A stretch of DNA of 64,000 nucleotides from a virus (Duplodnaviria; Caudoviricetes), in the IMG/VR virus record IMGVR_UViG_3300030061_001386, positions 1-64,000 of that record, one strand, 5' to 3'. How positions within the stretch are numbered: position 1 is the stretch's first letter; the number at the start of each line of letters is the position of its first letter. Of this stretch, positions 1 to 10,767 are shown piece after piece. The position numbers and the translations under genes are program-made. Below the pieces are notes generated by a model. The model had not been told where the DNA came from and made no database searches. It saw nothing but the letters and a program-made list of their open reading frames with translations.

Positions 1-1091
1 TAAGTGAAAGAAATCTTATACATTTGGTCTAAGTATAATGCTTCCTTTTTTTGATGAATATATATTTTAGATTGGGTACTAGTTTCTTTACTCATTTCTA
101 ATGCGCCAGTTGAATAATTAATTTGTTCTATTAATCCAAGAGAGTTTAGATTAGAATCAAAAAGTTCTGTTCCCTTTGCCAACCTGTAAACGTTCATTGG
201 AGTTCCTAAACCCAATGTATAATCAGTGCCTGATTGACCTCCTGTATCTGCCGCCCCTATGTTCGTGTAAGATGTAGTATTACCAACATAGTGACCATAA
301 GAATCATAATACCCTGTTAATTTATGTTCTGCTTTAATCACCGTATCTGTTTCTAATGTTTGAACAGTACCATTTGTTTTTTTGAACTTGGCTACAATCT
401 TATATTCAGCAGGTTGATTATAACTATTTTTAGTTGTATTTTCTAAATATAGTTGTACATTAGTATTATGAAAAATCATTAATTTAAGAGGGGAAGCAGT
501 ATGTAATGCACCATTAGATGTTCCTAATACACTAGTACTCTCATATGTAGTTGCTCTATTGTTATTGAAATCACTTGGGTATGGTGGTGTTTTAGTAGAA
601 TCTAATACTCCAAACTCAGTATTATTATTACTATCATCCTTATACTTAGCAGAACCGTTTACGTCATATGGCGTAATAATACATTCAATAGTAAATGCTC
701 CTGTATTATCCCAAGGAGTTCTGTCTCTAAGATTAGTTAATACATCAGTCTTAAGTTTCTTTAGGTTATTATTATCAGTTAATGCAACCTTATTCTTTTG
801 GTCTAATGTAATTTTACCGTTTATTACTGCAACAACATTTCCTATATGTTCATTACTGGAAGTATATACACTATCACTAATACTAAACTTTGTTGTTGTA
901 TTAGGGCTAGTGTCCACTATAATGTCAACACTTGAATTAATATTCATAGCCCCATTAACTAAAACACCAGTGGATTCTAAATTATCACTAGAAACATTAG
1001 TAAAAAAATCATCATAATTTAATTCTAAATAGCCACTTGACAGTAACGGAAAGACTAGTTTGTATGGACTACCTGCATATGCGTTAACCAT
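1..1091 (-). CDS. Tail/baseplate-associated protein, truncated by the window edge (possible LamG-like beta-sandwich)
   Basis: Not in the ORF track. ATG at 1091 (MVNAYAGSPYKLVFPLLSSGYLELNY...) reads toward the left edge; S/T/N-rich with a FTIECIITP motif; downstream of tape measure and distal tail genes. Confidence 0.55.
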   Translation of the reverse strand, partial: MVNAYAGSPYKLVFPLLSSGYLELNYDDFFTNVSSDNLESTGVLVNGAMNINSSVDIIVDTSPNTTTKFSISDSVYTSSNEHIGNVVAVINGKITLDQKNKVALTDNNNLKKLKTDVLTNLRDRTPWDNTGAFTIECIITPYDVNGSAKYKDDSNNNTEFGVLDSTKTPPYPSDFNNNRATTYESTSVLGTSNGALHTASPLKLMIFHNTNVQLYLENTTKNSYNQPAEYKIVAKFKKTNGTVQTLETDTVIKAEHKLTGYYDSYGHYVGNTTSYTNIGAADTGGQSGTDYTLGLGTPMNVYRLAKGTELFDSNLNSLGLIEQINYSTGALEMSKETSTQSKIYIHQKKEALYLDQMYKISFT

Positions 1092-1101
1092 TTCTAATCC
1101 C

Positions 1102-1794
1102 TCAATCTAAGAAGTTATCCGCTATCACCTTTGCTTCCTCAAACTCCAATTGGAATTGTACAGATGGAAACTCCTGTCCTGAAACTGTTGTTGAAAATGA
1201 ACGAATGAATCCTGTAATTCCTAGACTAGCAGAATCTATATCACTAGAACTGTATGGAGTAAAATATTCTTTTCCGCCACTAACAGCCGCAGTAAAATCA
1301 TTATCGTATTCTCTGTTCTTCCATGACCAAGGTATTAATTTACAATCATTCAAATCAGTGTTCTCATCAGTATCCTCATGATATTCAAACTCATGGTCAA
1401 CCCTACTTGGTATTAGAATAACAATCTTGTTTATATTTTGGTCATCTTGGAATGTACTAGAATCAACATAAGAATGAATCAACTGTGCTAATTCAAAAGA
1501 AGTGAATCTTCTTACTTTTTCGGTTTCTCCTGCTTCTTTTACTTTAGTAATAGTTTGGTCAACTAATATTCCTGTTACACTAACAGTTTTTTGAGCCATA
1601 CCAATATCCATAGCCAAGTTAAGAGACTCACCTCTTACTGCTCCTGAGAACGGTACTCCTAGATTCATTACTGTTTTACTTGTTGATACTGTTAAGTCAC
1701 TAGCAAGTAAAGCAATTCTATTCTGCTGTCCACTACCAAACTCATTTCTTCTTTGTAGTTCTAAGAAGACTCTGTAATTTGGGTCAGCCATCAC
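1102..1794 (-). CDS. Putative distal tail/baseplate hub-type protein
   Basis: Immediately downstream of the tape measure gene; beta-rich C-terminus (GFIRSFSTTVSG...VQFQLEFEE) resembles tail tube-fold proteins. Confidence 0.5.
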   Translation of the reverse strand: MMADPNYRVFLELQRRNEFGSGQQNRIALLASDLTVSTSKTVMNLGVPFSGAVRGESLNLAMDIGMAQKTVSVTGILVDQTITKVKEAGETEKVRRFTSFELAQLIHSYVDSSTFQDDQNINKIVILIPSRVDHEFEYHEDTDENTDLNDCKLIPWSWKNREYDNDFTAAVSGGKEYFTPYSSSDIDSASLGITGFIRSFSTTVSGQEFPSVQFQLEFEEAKVIADNFLD

Positions 1795-3260
1795 AATCTC
1801 CCCGTAGTATGTGCTGTTCTATTCATCTTTAGATTAATTTCTCTAGCAACCTTATTTGCTATATCTCGTATCTCCGCATCAGAAGCACCAACTCTACCGT
1901 TAACATGAACGTGTATGTTACTTCCTGCCATCATTCTACTTTCAGCATTAGAGTGTACTCTTGCTCCTGAAGGTAGTCTAACTAGTTCAGGCCCACGTTC
2001 TCCAACTAATGTTAATTCACCTGAACCGACTACTCCGCCATTTGCTCTACCAAAAATATAATTTTTAATTCCACCACCAATACCACTCAAGGCTCTTAGA
2101 AGTAGACCCGGCAACGCCTTTACTATTTCTAACATACCCCTTAGAACTATTTTTACAATAGTTTCTAATATTGATACTAATGTTTTAATTAAAGTTTTAA
2201 ACCCTTTCCATAGCCCTGCTCCATCTCCATCAAATGCCGCTTGAAACATACTAAACACCGCACCTAAAAGTGTTCTAATTTCACCAAATAGTTCTCCAAA
2301 GTAGCCGAACTTCTTCTCAAAGTTTTCCAATCTCTTTTTTATCTCTAATTTTTTAATAATAAATACTAACAGAGCAAGTCCTGTGACGAGTGCTACAAAG
2401 AATAACATTGCCTTACCTAAAACTGCTAACCCTATAACGAAAAATGACTTTACTTTAGATGCTATTGGACTAAGTTTTGTCATTATCTTAGCCCATGCTT
2501 CTTGCGCTCTTGGTGTCTGATATTGTTTACTATTTATCATTTCAAGACCAAACTTACCTTTATCCATTAATGAACGTCCTATTGCTGTAATAGTAGAACG
2601 ACCACCATAATTCCCAAACCTTCTTGTTCCTTCCACACCTTCAAAAAGTTGGTTTAATCCTTTATCATCCGAAACTCCGGGTAATAATGCTCTTTTTCCT
2701 GCCATGAATGCCTTTTTTCCTGCGGATAGTGTTTGACTTATTCCAAATGTTTCGCTCAAAAATTGACCTGTTCCCATTTTACCTTCTATATATTTAGATG
2801 CCCTACTAGGGCGTAAAGCCTTAGTTACAGACCTATCTGCCTTGTTTATTTCATCTCTAGCAGATTTCCACATGTTTTTATATTCTTTAATTCCATCTCT
2901 ACCTGCTTTGTCAAACATTGAAAACAAAGGAGTTTTTCTTATTTGTGCATCAGTTTTCATCAATGCTCTATCTATATCTTTCATTGATTCTGCTAATTTT
3001 TCATTAGCATCAACAGCCTCTAATGTTGATTTTCTTGCTTGTTCTTGCCTGTTATGATATACGTTAATAATATTACCAACCGCACGAATCTGATTCTGTA
3101 ATCTCCACATTCCTGTACCGGAAAGAATACGACTAATGATGTTCCATTCTTGACTACTTTTAGCAAGTTCTCCGAATGCTTGTCCTGTTCTAGTGATGGA
3201 AGTATTAGCCCTATCAAAAGCAGTGGATAACTCACCTAATTCTCTGGTGCTGTCTGTCAT
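1791..3260 (-). CDS. Tail tape measure protein
   Basis: Helical A/G/K-rich body with hydrophobic segments; C-terminal ANGGVV...LVGERGPELV motif typical of TMPs; follows the tail assembly chaperone. Confidence 0.8.
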   Translation of the reverse strand: MTDSTRELGELSTAFDRANTSITRTGQAFGELAKSSQEWNIISRILSGTGMWRLQNQIRAVGNIINVYHNRQEQARKSTLEAVDANEKLAESMKDIDRALMKTDAQIRKTPLFSMFDKAGRDGIKEYKNMWKSARDEINKADRSVTKALRPSRASKYIEGKMGTGQFLSETFGISQTLSAGKKAFMAGKRALLPGVSDDKGLNQLFEGVEGTRRFGNYGGRSTITAIGRSLMDKGKFGLEMINSKQYQTPRAQEAWAKIMTKLSPIASKVKSFFVIGLAVLGKAMLFFVALVTGLALLVFIIKKLEIKKRLENFEKKFGYFGELFGEIRTLLGAVFSMFQAAFDGDGAGLWKGFKTLIKTLVSILETIVKIVLRGMLEIVKALPGLLLRALSGIGGGIKNYIFGRANGGVVGSGELTLVGERGPELVRLPSGARVHSNAESRMMAGSNIHVHVNGRVGASDAEIRDIANKVAREINLKMNRTAHTTGRL

Positions 3261-3474
3261 GTTTTTTAACCTCCTTTTCCATTTCTTTGTGTTTCATTGT
3301 TTCTACTTCTGAATGAATATTTAACATGGTTAACATTAATTTCATAGGTGTGTTCTGTGCTTCAGCAGGACTTATACTGAAAGCCTTACAATATGAATAT
3401 AACATTATCTCAAAAGCAGTAGAAGTATCTACTTCTTGTCCGTGTAGTGCTTTACGGATTAATCTGCTTTTCCC
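3232..3474 (-). CDS. -1 frameshift extension of the tail chaperone (gpGT analogue)
   Basis: GGGAAAA at 3474-3468; the -1 frame is open (SRLIRKALHGQEVD...HQRIR) to TGA at 3232, filling the gap up to the TMP start. Confidence 0.75.
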   Translation of the reverse strand, partial: GKSRLIRKALHGQEVDTSTAFEIMLYSYCKAFSISPAEAQNTPMKLMLTMLNIHSEVETMKHKEMEKEVKKHDRQHQRIR

Positions 3475-3824
3475 TTATCCTCCTCCTGCAAATCAAAGAA
3501 TGGGTTTGGGAGGATTTCTTTCAACTGCGCCCCAACATAAGGGCTTAGTCTGAGTAATTCTAAACTAGTAAGTACGGGTTCTGTTTTCTCTACAAACTCT
3601 GTACACATGAACTTGTACATCTTATTCAAGTCAAGATTCATTTCTCCACCATCAGTCATTTGCATGACACTAGATAGTGCTTGCTCGACTTGTAGCCAAG
3701 TGGGTTCTTTAATCCACACTTTTAGCACTTCATCCGAATCAGGGCTTACCTTTATCGTATGGCATTCAGTTGCAATTGTTGCAAACAGGCTGTTCTTATC
3801 ACTTACTATTTTTTCTTCACTCAT
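3459..3824 (-). CDS. Tail assembly chaperone (lambda gpG analogue)
   Basis: Between tail tube and TMP genes; ends just after a G GGA AAA slippery heptamer. Confidence 0.75.
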   Translation of the reverse strand: MSEEKIVSDKNSLFATIATECHTIKVSPDSDEVLKVWIKEPTWLQVEQALSSVMQMTDGGEMNLDLNKMYKFMCTEFVEKTEPVLTSLELLRLSPYVGAQLKEILPNPFFDLQEEDKGKAD

Positions 3825-3913
3825 TGTATTTCCACCTAACTAAAACTAACAAACAAACGATGTTAGTGGAATGTAATGAATATAATAAAGGTTCTAACTT
3901 ACTTAGAATCCCC

Positions 3914-5494
3914 CTATATTCCTGATGCAGATTGAAGTATTTTCCAATCTCCTTGATACTTAGCATCTGCTAATTTCCTAGCAGAAAGAACTACATCTAC
4001 CTGTACTGGCCCTTTATCTTCAGGCAAAGGGATAGTTACGCTTTGTGTAATGTAGTCTTCAAACTTTAATTCAATGTAATCATCTACTGTACTATTATCC
4101 ATATCCTTAGCAAACCTTAGAGTTAGTTGTTGACCACTACCATTAGACTCACCATCCTTTCTTAGTTCATCCCAAATGGTTGTATCTGTTATAAGCAATG
4201 ATAAGTTAATGTCATATGTTCTCTGAGCAGGTATATGTGCTGACATTATTTGACGAGAAGATTGTCCTATGAATCTTTGAGGAGTTATGTTGTTATTGAT
4301 AGCAACACTACCTGACTTTACTCTAGCAACAGTCTGACCGTATAATTTAATCTGACCACCTGAAAACAAGTAAGGTCTGATATTAGTATCATCAGCATGA
4401 TAATTGAATAAACCAGTAGCCGAACTGTCATTTGTTCTTTGCCTTCTTCTAGGTGTATAACCCGCAGGAGCATCAAAAGCCCTTCTTGTAACTAAGTCTA
4501 GATTTGCTTTCAACTCTTGTCCTTCATCGAAGTTCATAGTTAAACTGTTTACTTGACATCCAGTAAATACTCTAGCATAGATGTCTTTGAATGGTCTTGT
4601 AGTGCTATCAGTTGTAGTACCTAATGAACCAACATAATAGTTAGCATCTGCTAATCCTGATTTTTCATATGTTACTTCTAATGCGAAAGAAGGTAATGCG
4701 TCTCCATTATTCTCAGTAAAATCATAGAGATAATAACCACCTGTATTTTCTGTTACTTGTTTTAATGCACTTATATCTGAACTTGGAGGATATTCCTTTC
4801 CTCCTATTGTTCTAACGAGTCTATGGTTAGTTGTATCTAACGCTACTCCTGTACCTGATAAACTACCTGCTGAACCTAATCCATGAGCCGCCCCACCACC
4901 TGCTCCTCCGTTAGCAACAGTATAGTCTCCTAGTGCATAGTATAACCAAGAACCATTACCCATTGAAATATCTAAAGAACCACCACTAACGGTTTCTCCT
5001 TTCTTGTATTGGTATCCTAGATTTCTAGAACCACCTAATGCTAAACTAACTTGTGCTACTTCTACTTCTACATTAGGAGGAGTTAGAGTATTAACAAGAC
5101 CTAGCCAATTATCTGCTAGTAGTGTTGGTTTTCCTGTTATTACATTAGGAGCAGGAGAAGGTGCGCCAAAAGACATGATAGTAATATCAATGTCATCATC
5201 AACTGCGTCTCCAATATTTTCTGCAAAGGTAATAGTGTTTCCAGTATTACTCTTAATCATATATGTTCCATTAAAACTAGCACTTGTAGCGTTTACTATC
5301 TTAGCCATACATCCTTGATATAAGTTAGTCACTAAGGTCATTGCAACACCTTCAACAGCATCAATCAAATCAACAGTAGTAAAATCTGCAAGAAGGTCGC
5401 ATCCTTCAAAATAGATGTCACTTTCAGGTATCATTGTAGCACTTACACCTGCTCCTGTAAACACCTCATCTGTCAAAATTGTTGTTGTCGTCAT
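3914..5494 (-). CDS. Major tail tube protein
   Basis: 526 aa; LPSFALEV...RVFTGCQVNSLTMNF pattern of siphovirus/archaeal-virus tail tubes; gene position. Confidence 0.75.
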   Translation of the reverse strand: MTTTTILTDEVFTGAGVSATMIPESDIYFEGCDLLADFTTVDLIDAVEGVAMTLVTNLYQGCMAKIVNATSASFNGTYMIKSNTGNTITFAENIGDAVDDDIDITIMSFGAPSPAPNVITGKPTLLADNWLGLVNTLTPPNVEVEVAQVSLALGGSRNLGYQYKKGETVSGGSLDISMGNGSWLYYALGDYTVANGGAGGGAAHGLGSAGSLSGTGVALDTTNHRLVRTIGGKEYPPSSDISALKQVTENTGGYYLYDFTENNGDALPSFALEVTYEKSGLADANYYVGSLGTTTDSTTRPFKDIYARVFTGCQVNSLTMNFDEGQELKANLDLVTRRAFDAPAGYTPRRRQRTNDSSATGLFNYHADDTNIRPYLFSGGQIKLYGQTVARVKSGSVAINNNITPQRFIGQSSRQIMSAHIPAQRTYDINLSLLITDTTIWDELRKDGESNGSGQQLTLRFAKDMDNSTVDDYIELKFEDYITQSVTIPLPEDKGPVQVDVVLSARKLADAKYQGDWKILQSASGI

Positions 5495-6027
5495 ACGCTT
5501 CTCCCCATTCTCTTCATCTCTACGCCTAGTTTATAGCCCAATAACCTTTTCTTTCTATCATTGGCTTCACTCCTACTTTGCAACTTTATTATTTCTGCAC
5601 TATCGGTGTAAACTGTTCCCCCCACTGTCGTAGATATAGTAGGGCTAAGTGAGTTTGTCTCAAGAACATGTCGCAAGATTCTGTATAATATTCTAAGTCT
5701 ATCTCTAGATGTTGTATTATCAGCAAAGTCTCTTCTATGTAATACTCTCATATGTATTGTAAAAGAGAATGTTTCATTTCTAACTGCGTAATCCATAGTA
5801 GGATATGTGGTAGAAGAACTATCTTCATAGACAACAATAACTGCTGAATCACTATCAGCGTCTACTCTTCTTCCTTCCTTTGGTTCAATTGAGCGAACAT
5901 CTATTACTTTAGGAACAGGTAAGTTAACGGATATTTTTCCACTATTGTATAATGATAATGCAGAGGAACTCCAATTATCAGTAATCAATCTCATTACAAA
6001 TGTAACTTCATCAAGGAGTTCTGCCAT
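5491..6027 (-). CDS. Putative tail terminator/completion protein
   Basis: Directly upstream of the tail tube gene; size and alpha/beta pattern fit. Confidence 0.5.
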   Translation of the reverse strand: MAELLDEVTFVMRLITDNWSSSALSLYNSGKISVNLPVPKVIDVRSIEPKEGRRVDADSDSAVIVVYEDSSSTTYPTMDYAVRNETFSFTIHMRVLHRRDFADNTTSRDRLRILYRILRHVLETNSLSPTISTTVGGTVYTDSAEIIKLQSRSEANDRKKRLLGYKLGVEMKRMGRSV

Positions 6028-6199
6028 TTACTGCCTCCATTGCTTTTTCTTGTACTTTACCTACAAAGACATCTAATGCATGTTTGAACACTTCATCATC
6101 ACTAAGAGAAAATCCCGCATAACCTAGTTCTGCAAGTGCTTCATTTCTTTCCATCTCTCTATCCAAGAGTTCACGAAATAAATTGTTTAAGTTTTGCAT
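6011..6199 (-). CDS. Small hypothetical protein (neck region)
   Basis: Overlapping gene packing within the neck/tail operon. Confidence 0.5.
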   Translation of the reverse strand: MQNLNNLFRELLDREMERNEALAELGYAGFSLSDDEVFKHALDVFVGKVQEKAMEAVNGRTP

Positions 6200-6203
6200 A
6201 GTA

Positions 6204-7283
6204 TCACGATATGAAATGTATTAGATTCTTTTTACCATCAACTATTTTATTTGCTTCTTCAAGCATAATGTCATGTTTGGTTTTCAAATCAATATTAGAA
6301 TCTGTCTCAGCAATTAAAATTGAGTTGTCATCATGCCTAATAATTTCTGCCGCAACAAACTTAGTCGCCGCTTCATGTATTGGTGCAGGAACTCTACCAT
6401 CACCCGCAACATATGCAACTCTAATTGAATGATTAGTGATGTGAGGATATTCTTGTAAAAAGAATATTTTCCCCTCACTTTTCATTTGCCAAAAGTCTCC
6501 TCTTCTTCTTTGGTCTTGATGGTCAGTAAACCCTTCTACTGTACCGAATGTAGAAGAAATTGTACAGTTAGACCCGTCATCACCTAGAAGTAATGAAGAT
6601 ATTACAATTGTATCTCCTTGTTCTGAATCAGTGGTAGCATAGAAGAAATCTGAAATATGTACGCTATCATTTCCGTTTGCCGTTACAGTTTTAGATGTAG
6701 TTTCTCCTGTAAACCTAGCCGTCTTCATAGGATATACTTCGTTGATAGCATCAACTATCTGACTTGCAGTAGTCTTAGGGCCGAAGTTATCAAAGAACTC
6801 AGTTGCTTCATCTAACTCAAATGTATATGTTCCTACCGTTAAAGATATCTTCCAAGCACTATTAGTTACAGTACTTGGTACTGTTAGTCTAGCAGTTGCT
6901 GATGCTAAGTCTTTCCAATTATTACCTTGATATATTTCTAACCTGACTAACTTCTGAACTTTAGGTTGAGATAGTTGTATGAACCCAACATAATCTTTGT
7001 ATGGTCTTACTGGGTATGCTCCCTGATTGAATGCTGTATCGAAAGAATGAAACTCTTCATGGTGCAATATTGGTCTATATGATTGTTTGATACTGTCATC
7101 TATTTTTTCTTCTACTCTTTTTATTATCTTACCTACTTCTGCTCTTGTAGGTGTTGTTGTATCAGAAAATGCTCCGATTTGTAATAAATTAGAAACATCT
7201 GTATGTGTAGTATAGTAGCCATTACCTAACGCATAACTAACATTAATATTTGTAAAATCACTTGGAGAACTTACTTTACCCAT
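6204..7283 (-). CDS. Putative head-tail adaptor/connector
   Basis: N-terminal YTTHTDVSNLL and C-terminal IRVAYVAG...VPAPIHEAA segments resemble gp6/gp15-type adaptors, with an internal insertion. Confidence 0.6.
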   Translation of the reverse strand: MGKVSSPSDFTNINVSYALGNGYYTTHTDVSNLLQIGAFSDTTTPTRAEVGKIIKRVEEKIDDSIKQSYRPILHHEEFHSFDTAFNQGAYPVRPYKDYVGFIQLSQPKVQKLVRLEIYQGNNWKDLASATARLTVPSTVTNSAWKISLTVGTYTFELDEATEFFDNFGPKTTASQIVDAINEVYPMKTARFTGETTSKTVTANGNDSVHISDFFYATTDSEQGDTIVISSLLLGDDGSNCTISSTFGTVEGFTDHQDQRRRGDFWQMKSEGKIFFLQEYPHITNHSIRVAYVAGDGRVPAPIHEAATKFVAAEIIRHDDNSILIAETDSNIDLKTKHDIMLEEANKIVDGKKNLIHFIS

Positions 7284-7287
7284 CTAA

Positions 7288-9354
7288 TCACCTTTCTATC
7301 ATTTCCTTTAATCCTTCATACTCAGTATAAACTAATCTTAATTCATCAGCATCATTAGAATCAGTAAGGGTAGTTCTATTTTCTATTTGTTTATCTGAAG
7401 CACCTATTCCTCTTTCAGAAAATCTACCTGTTTTGAATCTATCTTTACCACCACTAGTACGCCGACCAATATTAGTATCTACTTGACTAGTAACTTTTAT
7501 TTTTCTACTAAACGTTAAGATTGGTATTCCTTCAGTATCGGATACTTTGAACTCAACATCTCCTTCTCTTTTCCAATCTTGACTTTCTTCTAACTGTTCT
7601 TTTATTGTAGACATTAATCCATCAGTATCATCAGCCTCTGCTAATAGTGGAATAATGTTAACTGATTCTCTATAATCCCCACTCTTGATGTTCTTTAGTA
7701 TTGCTTCTATTTTTGTTATGAAAGTAGTATGATTTCCGAAAGCAGGATAGTATGGTTTATTTTCAATGACTTGTTTACCATCTTTATCTTTTTTAGGAAT
7801 AATTTTTTGTTCTGTTTTTTCAGTTTTAGGATTTATAAAATCAATATTTTCATATTGTATTTCTTCTATCTCATTATCTTCTTGTAGGTTAAGATTATCT
7901 TGTTTTATATTAATTATTAACATAGAGAAAAAAGCGAGTAATTCCTTTCTTTTTTTCTCAGACAACACTTGTATAAACCTATCAAAAGGTGCTTCGTTTT
8001 TATCATACACATAACTACCCCAATTAGATTCTAAATCATCAAACAGTGATTTTAACATAAGAGTTCTTTTTGTCATATTTTTAACAGCAGATGTAAGTTT
8101 CTTATCTTCATCCTTTCCTCCACCTTTAACAGCCCATAAAATAAATGCTTCTTCATCTTCCCACTCTCTCATTTTCAGAGTAATACTTACTTGGCCTAAA
8201 TCAATTTTATTTGATTGCGGAGTTAATGCTCCTAGTATTGCATCCTTTAATCCTGATTTTCTTTGTGACCTAACTATCTCAATAAGTTCCTTTTCATTTG
8301 GGAGAGATATATCTTGCAAACTTTCCCAAAGTTCCTCTAAGTTTTCACTTCTATTGTCCGTGTTAAATGCTTCTTTCTTACCAAATGAGTTTAATTCATA
8401 TCTACCATTACCTAAAATCTTCAGACTAACAAGTTTGTTAGACCCCTTTGTTTCGGCTTTTCTTAACATCTTCTGAGTAATACCTGCATCATCATCTTCT
8501 TCCTCTTCCATACCTTCAGCAACTTCTCTATCCATTTCTGCTTGGTATGCTTCTTCTTCCTCTGCCTCTTTTTCTTTCTGAGTTTTTTTCTGTTCTGCTA
8601 TTTCCTTAACACTTAGATTCTTTCCTTTAATAGAATTAAATTGAAATGAATCTTCACCTAGTGTTCCATATCCTTCTACCTTGAACAGTTTAGTAAAATA
8701 CCCTTCAGTATCAATAGTAATATCTGTACCTGTTGTTGATAAGAACTCTTGTAGTGTGGATGGATATAGTACAGGCTCACTTCTATCAAATGCGCCTAAC
8801 AGTCTACTGCTTCGAGAAATGTATTTGTCTTTTGCTTTTTCTTGAGCAGGTTTAGTCTTCCTATCAGTATCATCTAACCCCTTACCATATCTGTCTCCTA
8901 AGAGTTTACTTACTTTCAAATCATTACCTAAATCAATAAGACGAGTATTTTGGTCATCCATCACATCTCTCAGACCTTCAGAGAATGCACGATTTTTACC
9001 ATCAGGTTGAATATAACCCATTCCTTGTAGTTCAAGTACTAGTTTGGACAATGGGGCTTTTTCTATAACAGAAAGAAACGATTGTAGATATTCATCATAT
9101 TCTTCCTCATCGAAATACAAGTCAGTACCTTTGTAGTCACTATCATCTAAAGTAATTAGATTTCGTGTGACCCTTCTAACCTTTTGCATGTTAGGTGTAT
9201 CTGATACAGAATTGAATACATATGCGGCTAGGTTTCTGAATAAAGGTTGGTTATCTAACAAATCTTCCCATTTACCTTTTTTATCTTTAGGAGTTAAAAC
9301 AAAACCTGTTTTTAGCCTATCTACCACCTTATCATTTACTCTTATATCCGGCAT
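7288..9354 (-). CDS. Large hypothetical protein, highly charged with an acidic tract
   Basis: 688-aa ORF in the structural operon; no recognisable motif. Confidence 0.6.
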   Translation of the reverse strand: MPDIRVNDKVVDRLKTGFVLTPKDKKGKWEDLLDNQPLFRNLAAYVFNSVSDTPNMQKVRRVTRNLITLDDSDYKGTDLYFDEEEYDEYLQSFLSVIEKAPLSKLVLELQGMGYIQPDGKNRAFSEGLRDVMDDQNTRLIDLGNDLKVSKLLGDRYGKGLDDTDRKTKPAQEKAKDKYISRSSRLLGAFDRSEPVLYPSTLQEFLSTTGTDITIDTEGYFTKLFKVEGYGTLGEDSFQFNSIKGKNLSVKEIAEQKKTQKEKEAEEEEAYQAEMDREVAEGMEEEEDDDAGITQKMLRKAETKGSNKLVSLKILGNGRYELNSFGKKEAFNTDNRSENLEELWESLQDISLPNEKELIEIVRSQRKSGLKDAILGALTPQSNKIDLGQVSITLKMREWEDEEAFILWAVKGGGKDEDKKLTSAVKNMTKRTLMLKSLFDDLESNWGSYVYDKNEAPFDRFIQVLSEKKRKELLAFFSMLIINIKQDNLNLQEDNEIEEIQYENIDFINPKTEKTEQKIIPKKDKDGKQVIENKPYYPAFGNHTTFITKIEAILKNIKSGDYRESVNIIPLLAEADDTDGLMSTIKEQLEESQDWKREGDVEFKVSDTEGIPILTFSRKIKVTSQVDTNIGRRTSGGKDRFKTGRFSERGIGASDKQIENRTTLTDSNDADELRLVYTEYEGLKEMIER

Positions 9355-9369
9355 TCATCAGACCCCAAC

Positions 9370-10080
9370 CTATGCAAGCCATTTAGCCCATGCAACTGCT
9401 TTACCCAAACCTGACGCTAAACCTAATCCACTTTGAGGTGGAGTATATGTCGGCTGTCCTGTTTGCGGGTCTATCCAATACGGATTGTTCATGTTGTCAT
9501 AACCACTTGGAGGAATAGGATAGCCACTACCGTTGTTCATAGCCATTTGCTGTTGGTTTAAGGTATTGTTAAAATTAGTACTCATATTGCCCCCTTGTAT
9601 CTGACTTGGGCTTAAGCCTTGAGGGTTAGGTGCGCCCATACCCATTTGTGGAGTTGTAGTAGGTGTCTGTTGTTGTGGAGAAGAGAAACCTTGTGCTTCT
9701 AGGTATTGTTGTTTAGCCATCCTTCTTTGCATAACAACTTCACTATTGATTGCAGTAGCCAATAGATTCTGCAAATCTAAATCAATATTTTCTTGCGTAA
9801 TACTAGTAAAATCAGAAAGTGCTTCAGGTGACATTACTAAGTTTCCACTTGAACTTTGATTGAACTCTAACTTAACTAACATTTGACTAACTGTTCTTGT
9901 AACTGTATCTTCAATTAGTTTTTCTAATGCTCCTAAGAATGCTTCTCCATGATACTGAAAAAAGTCTTCTACATGATTTTCTTGTAGTGTCAAAAGGTTG
10001 TTCATTGCTTTAAATTGAGTCTGCTGTTGCGCCCCAATTTGTGTTGATAAGTTACTATTGCTTGTTCCGAATAATCCCAT
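9370..10080 (-). CDS. Q/N/P-rich low-complexity protein with amphipathic C-terminus
   Basis: ORF composition; abuts the upstream gene. Confidence 0.6.
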   Translation of the reverse strand: MGLFGTSNSNLSTQIGAQQQTQFKAMNNLLTLQENHVEDFFQYHGEAFLGALEKLIEDTVTRTVSQMLVKLEFNQSSSGNLVMSPEALSDFTSITQENIDLDLQNLLATAINSEVVMQRRMAKQQYLEAQGFSSPQQQTPTTTPQMGMGAPNPQGLSPSQIQGGNMSTNFNNTLNQQQMAMNNGSGYPIPPSGYDNMNNPYWIDPQTGQPTYTPPQSGLGLASGLGKAVAWAKWLA

Positions 10081-10754
10081 TACTCTACCTCCTCTTGCTC
10101 CGAACCTGATACTACCTTAGCACCTTCAGTTAATAGTGTTTTGATTCTTTCGTTAATTCCGTTGTTTTCTATTACTAGTCTAAACAACTCTTCTTCCTTA
10201 GTTTCAGAAACACTAGAAGGAGGATGTATTGACCATCCTAAAGATGAAAGAGACTGTATATCTTGTTGCTTTAACCCTGTTAATGGCCCACTTGCTAATG
10301 GGTTTAGAGTTTTAACTGAAGGAATATAAGCACTAAAAGAAAGCCCATGTTCTTCTGCTAATATTTGTTGTTCTAACATTTCATATTGCCTGTGTATCTG
10401 AGCATGTTTTTCACAATAAGTACCACGCATTGGATATCCCTTTCGCACCTTATGTAATGGAAGTGGTGGCCTCATTGCATCCCCTGCTTCCCAAACCTTT
10501 TGTGAACCACATACTACACATCTATCTTTTAAGTTGTATTTGAATCTGTATGGTATCTTCAAGAACTTTTTCTTTTCAGGCATTAATATCTTAGTTATCT
10601 CTTTCAATTGTTTCTTTGGCTTTGTGTTTTTAAACTCATAAAACATTACCGCACCTGCGGCTCTTGCGGCTGAAAACCTATCTAGAAATGGGTTCGCTCC
10701 TGTATTCGCTGACTGTGCGCCAATCAAACTTGGTGGTTGGAATTGCATTGACAT
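10080..10754 (-). CDS. Putative Zn-binding protein
   Basis: CVVC...YCEKH ligand pattern followed by a coiled segment. Confidence 0.55.
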   Translation of the reverse strand: MSMQFQPPSLIGAQSANTGANPFLDRFSAARAAGAVMFYEFKNTKPKKQLKEITKILMPEKKKFLKIPYRFKYNLKDRCVVCGSQKVWEAGDAMRPPLPLHKVRKGYPMRGTYCEKHAQIHRQYEMLEQQILAEEHGLSFSAYIPSVKTLNPLASGPLTGLKQQDIQSLSSLGWSIHPPSSVSETKEEELFRLVIENNGINERIKTLLTEGAKVVSGSEQEEVE

Positions 10755-10767
10755 CTATCTCTCTCCT

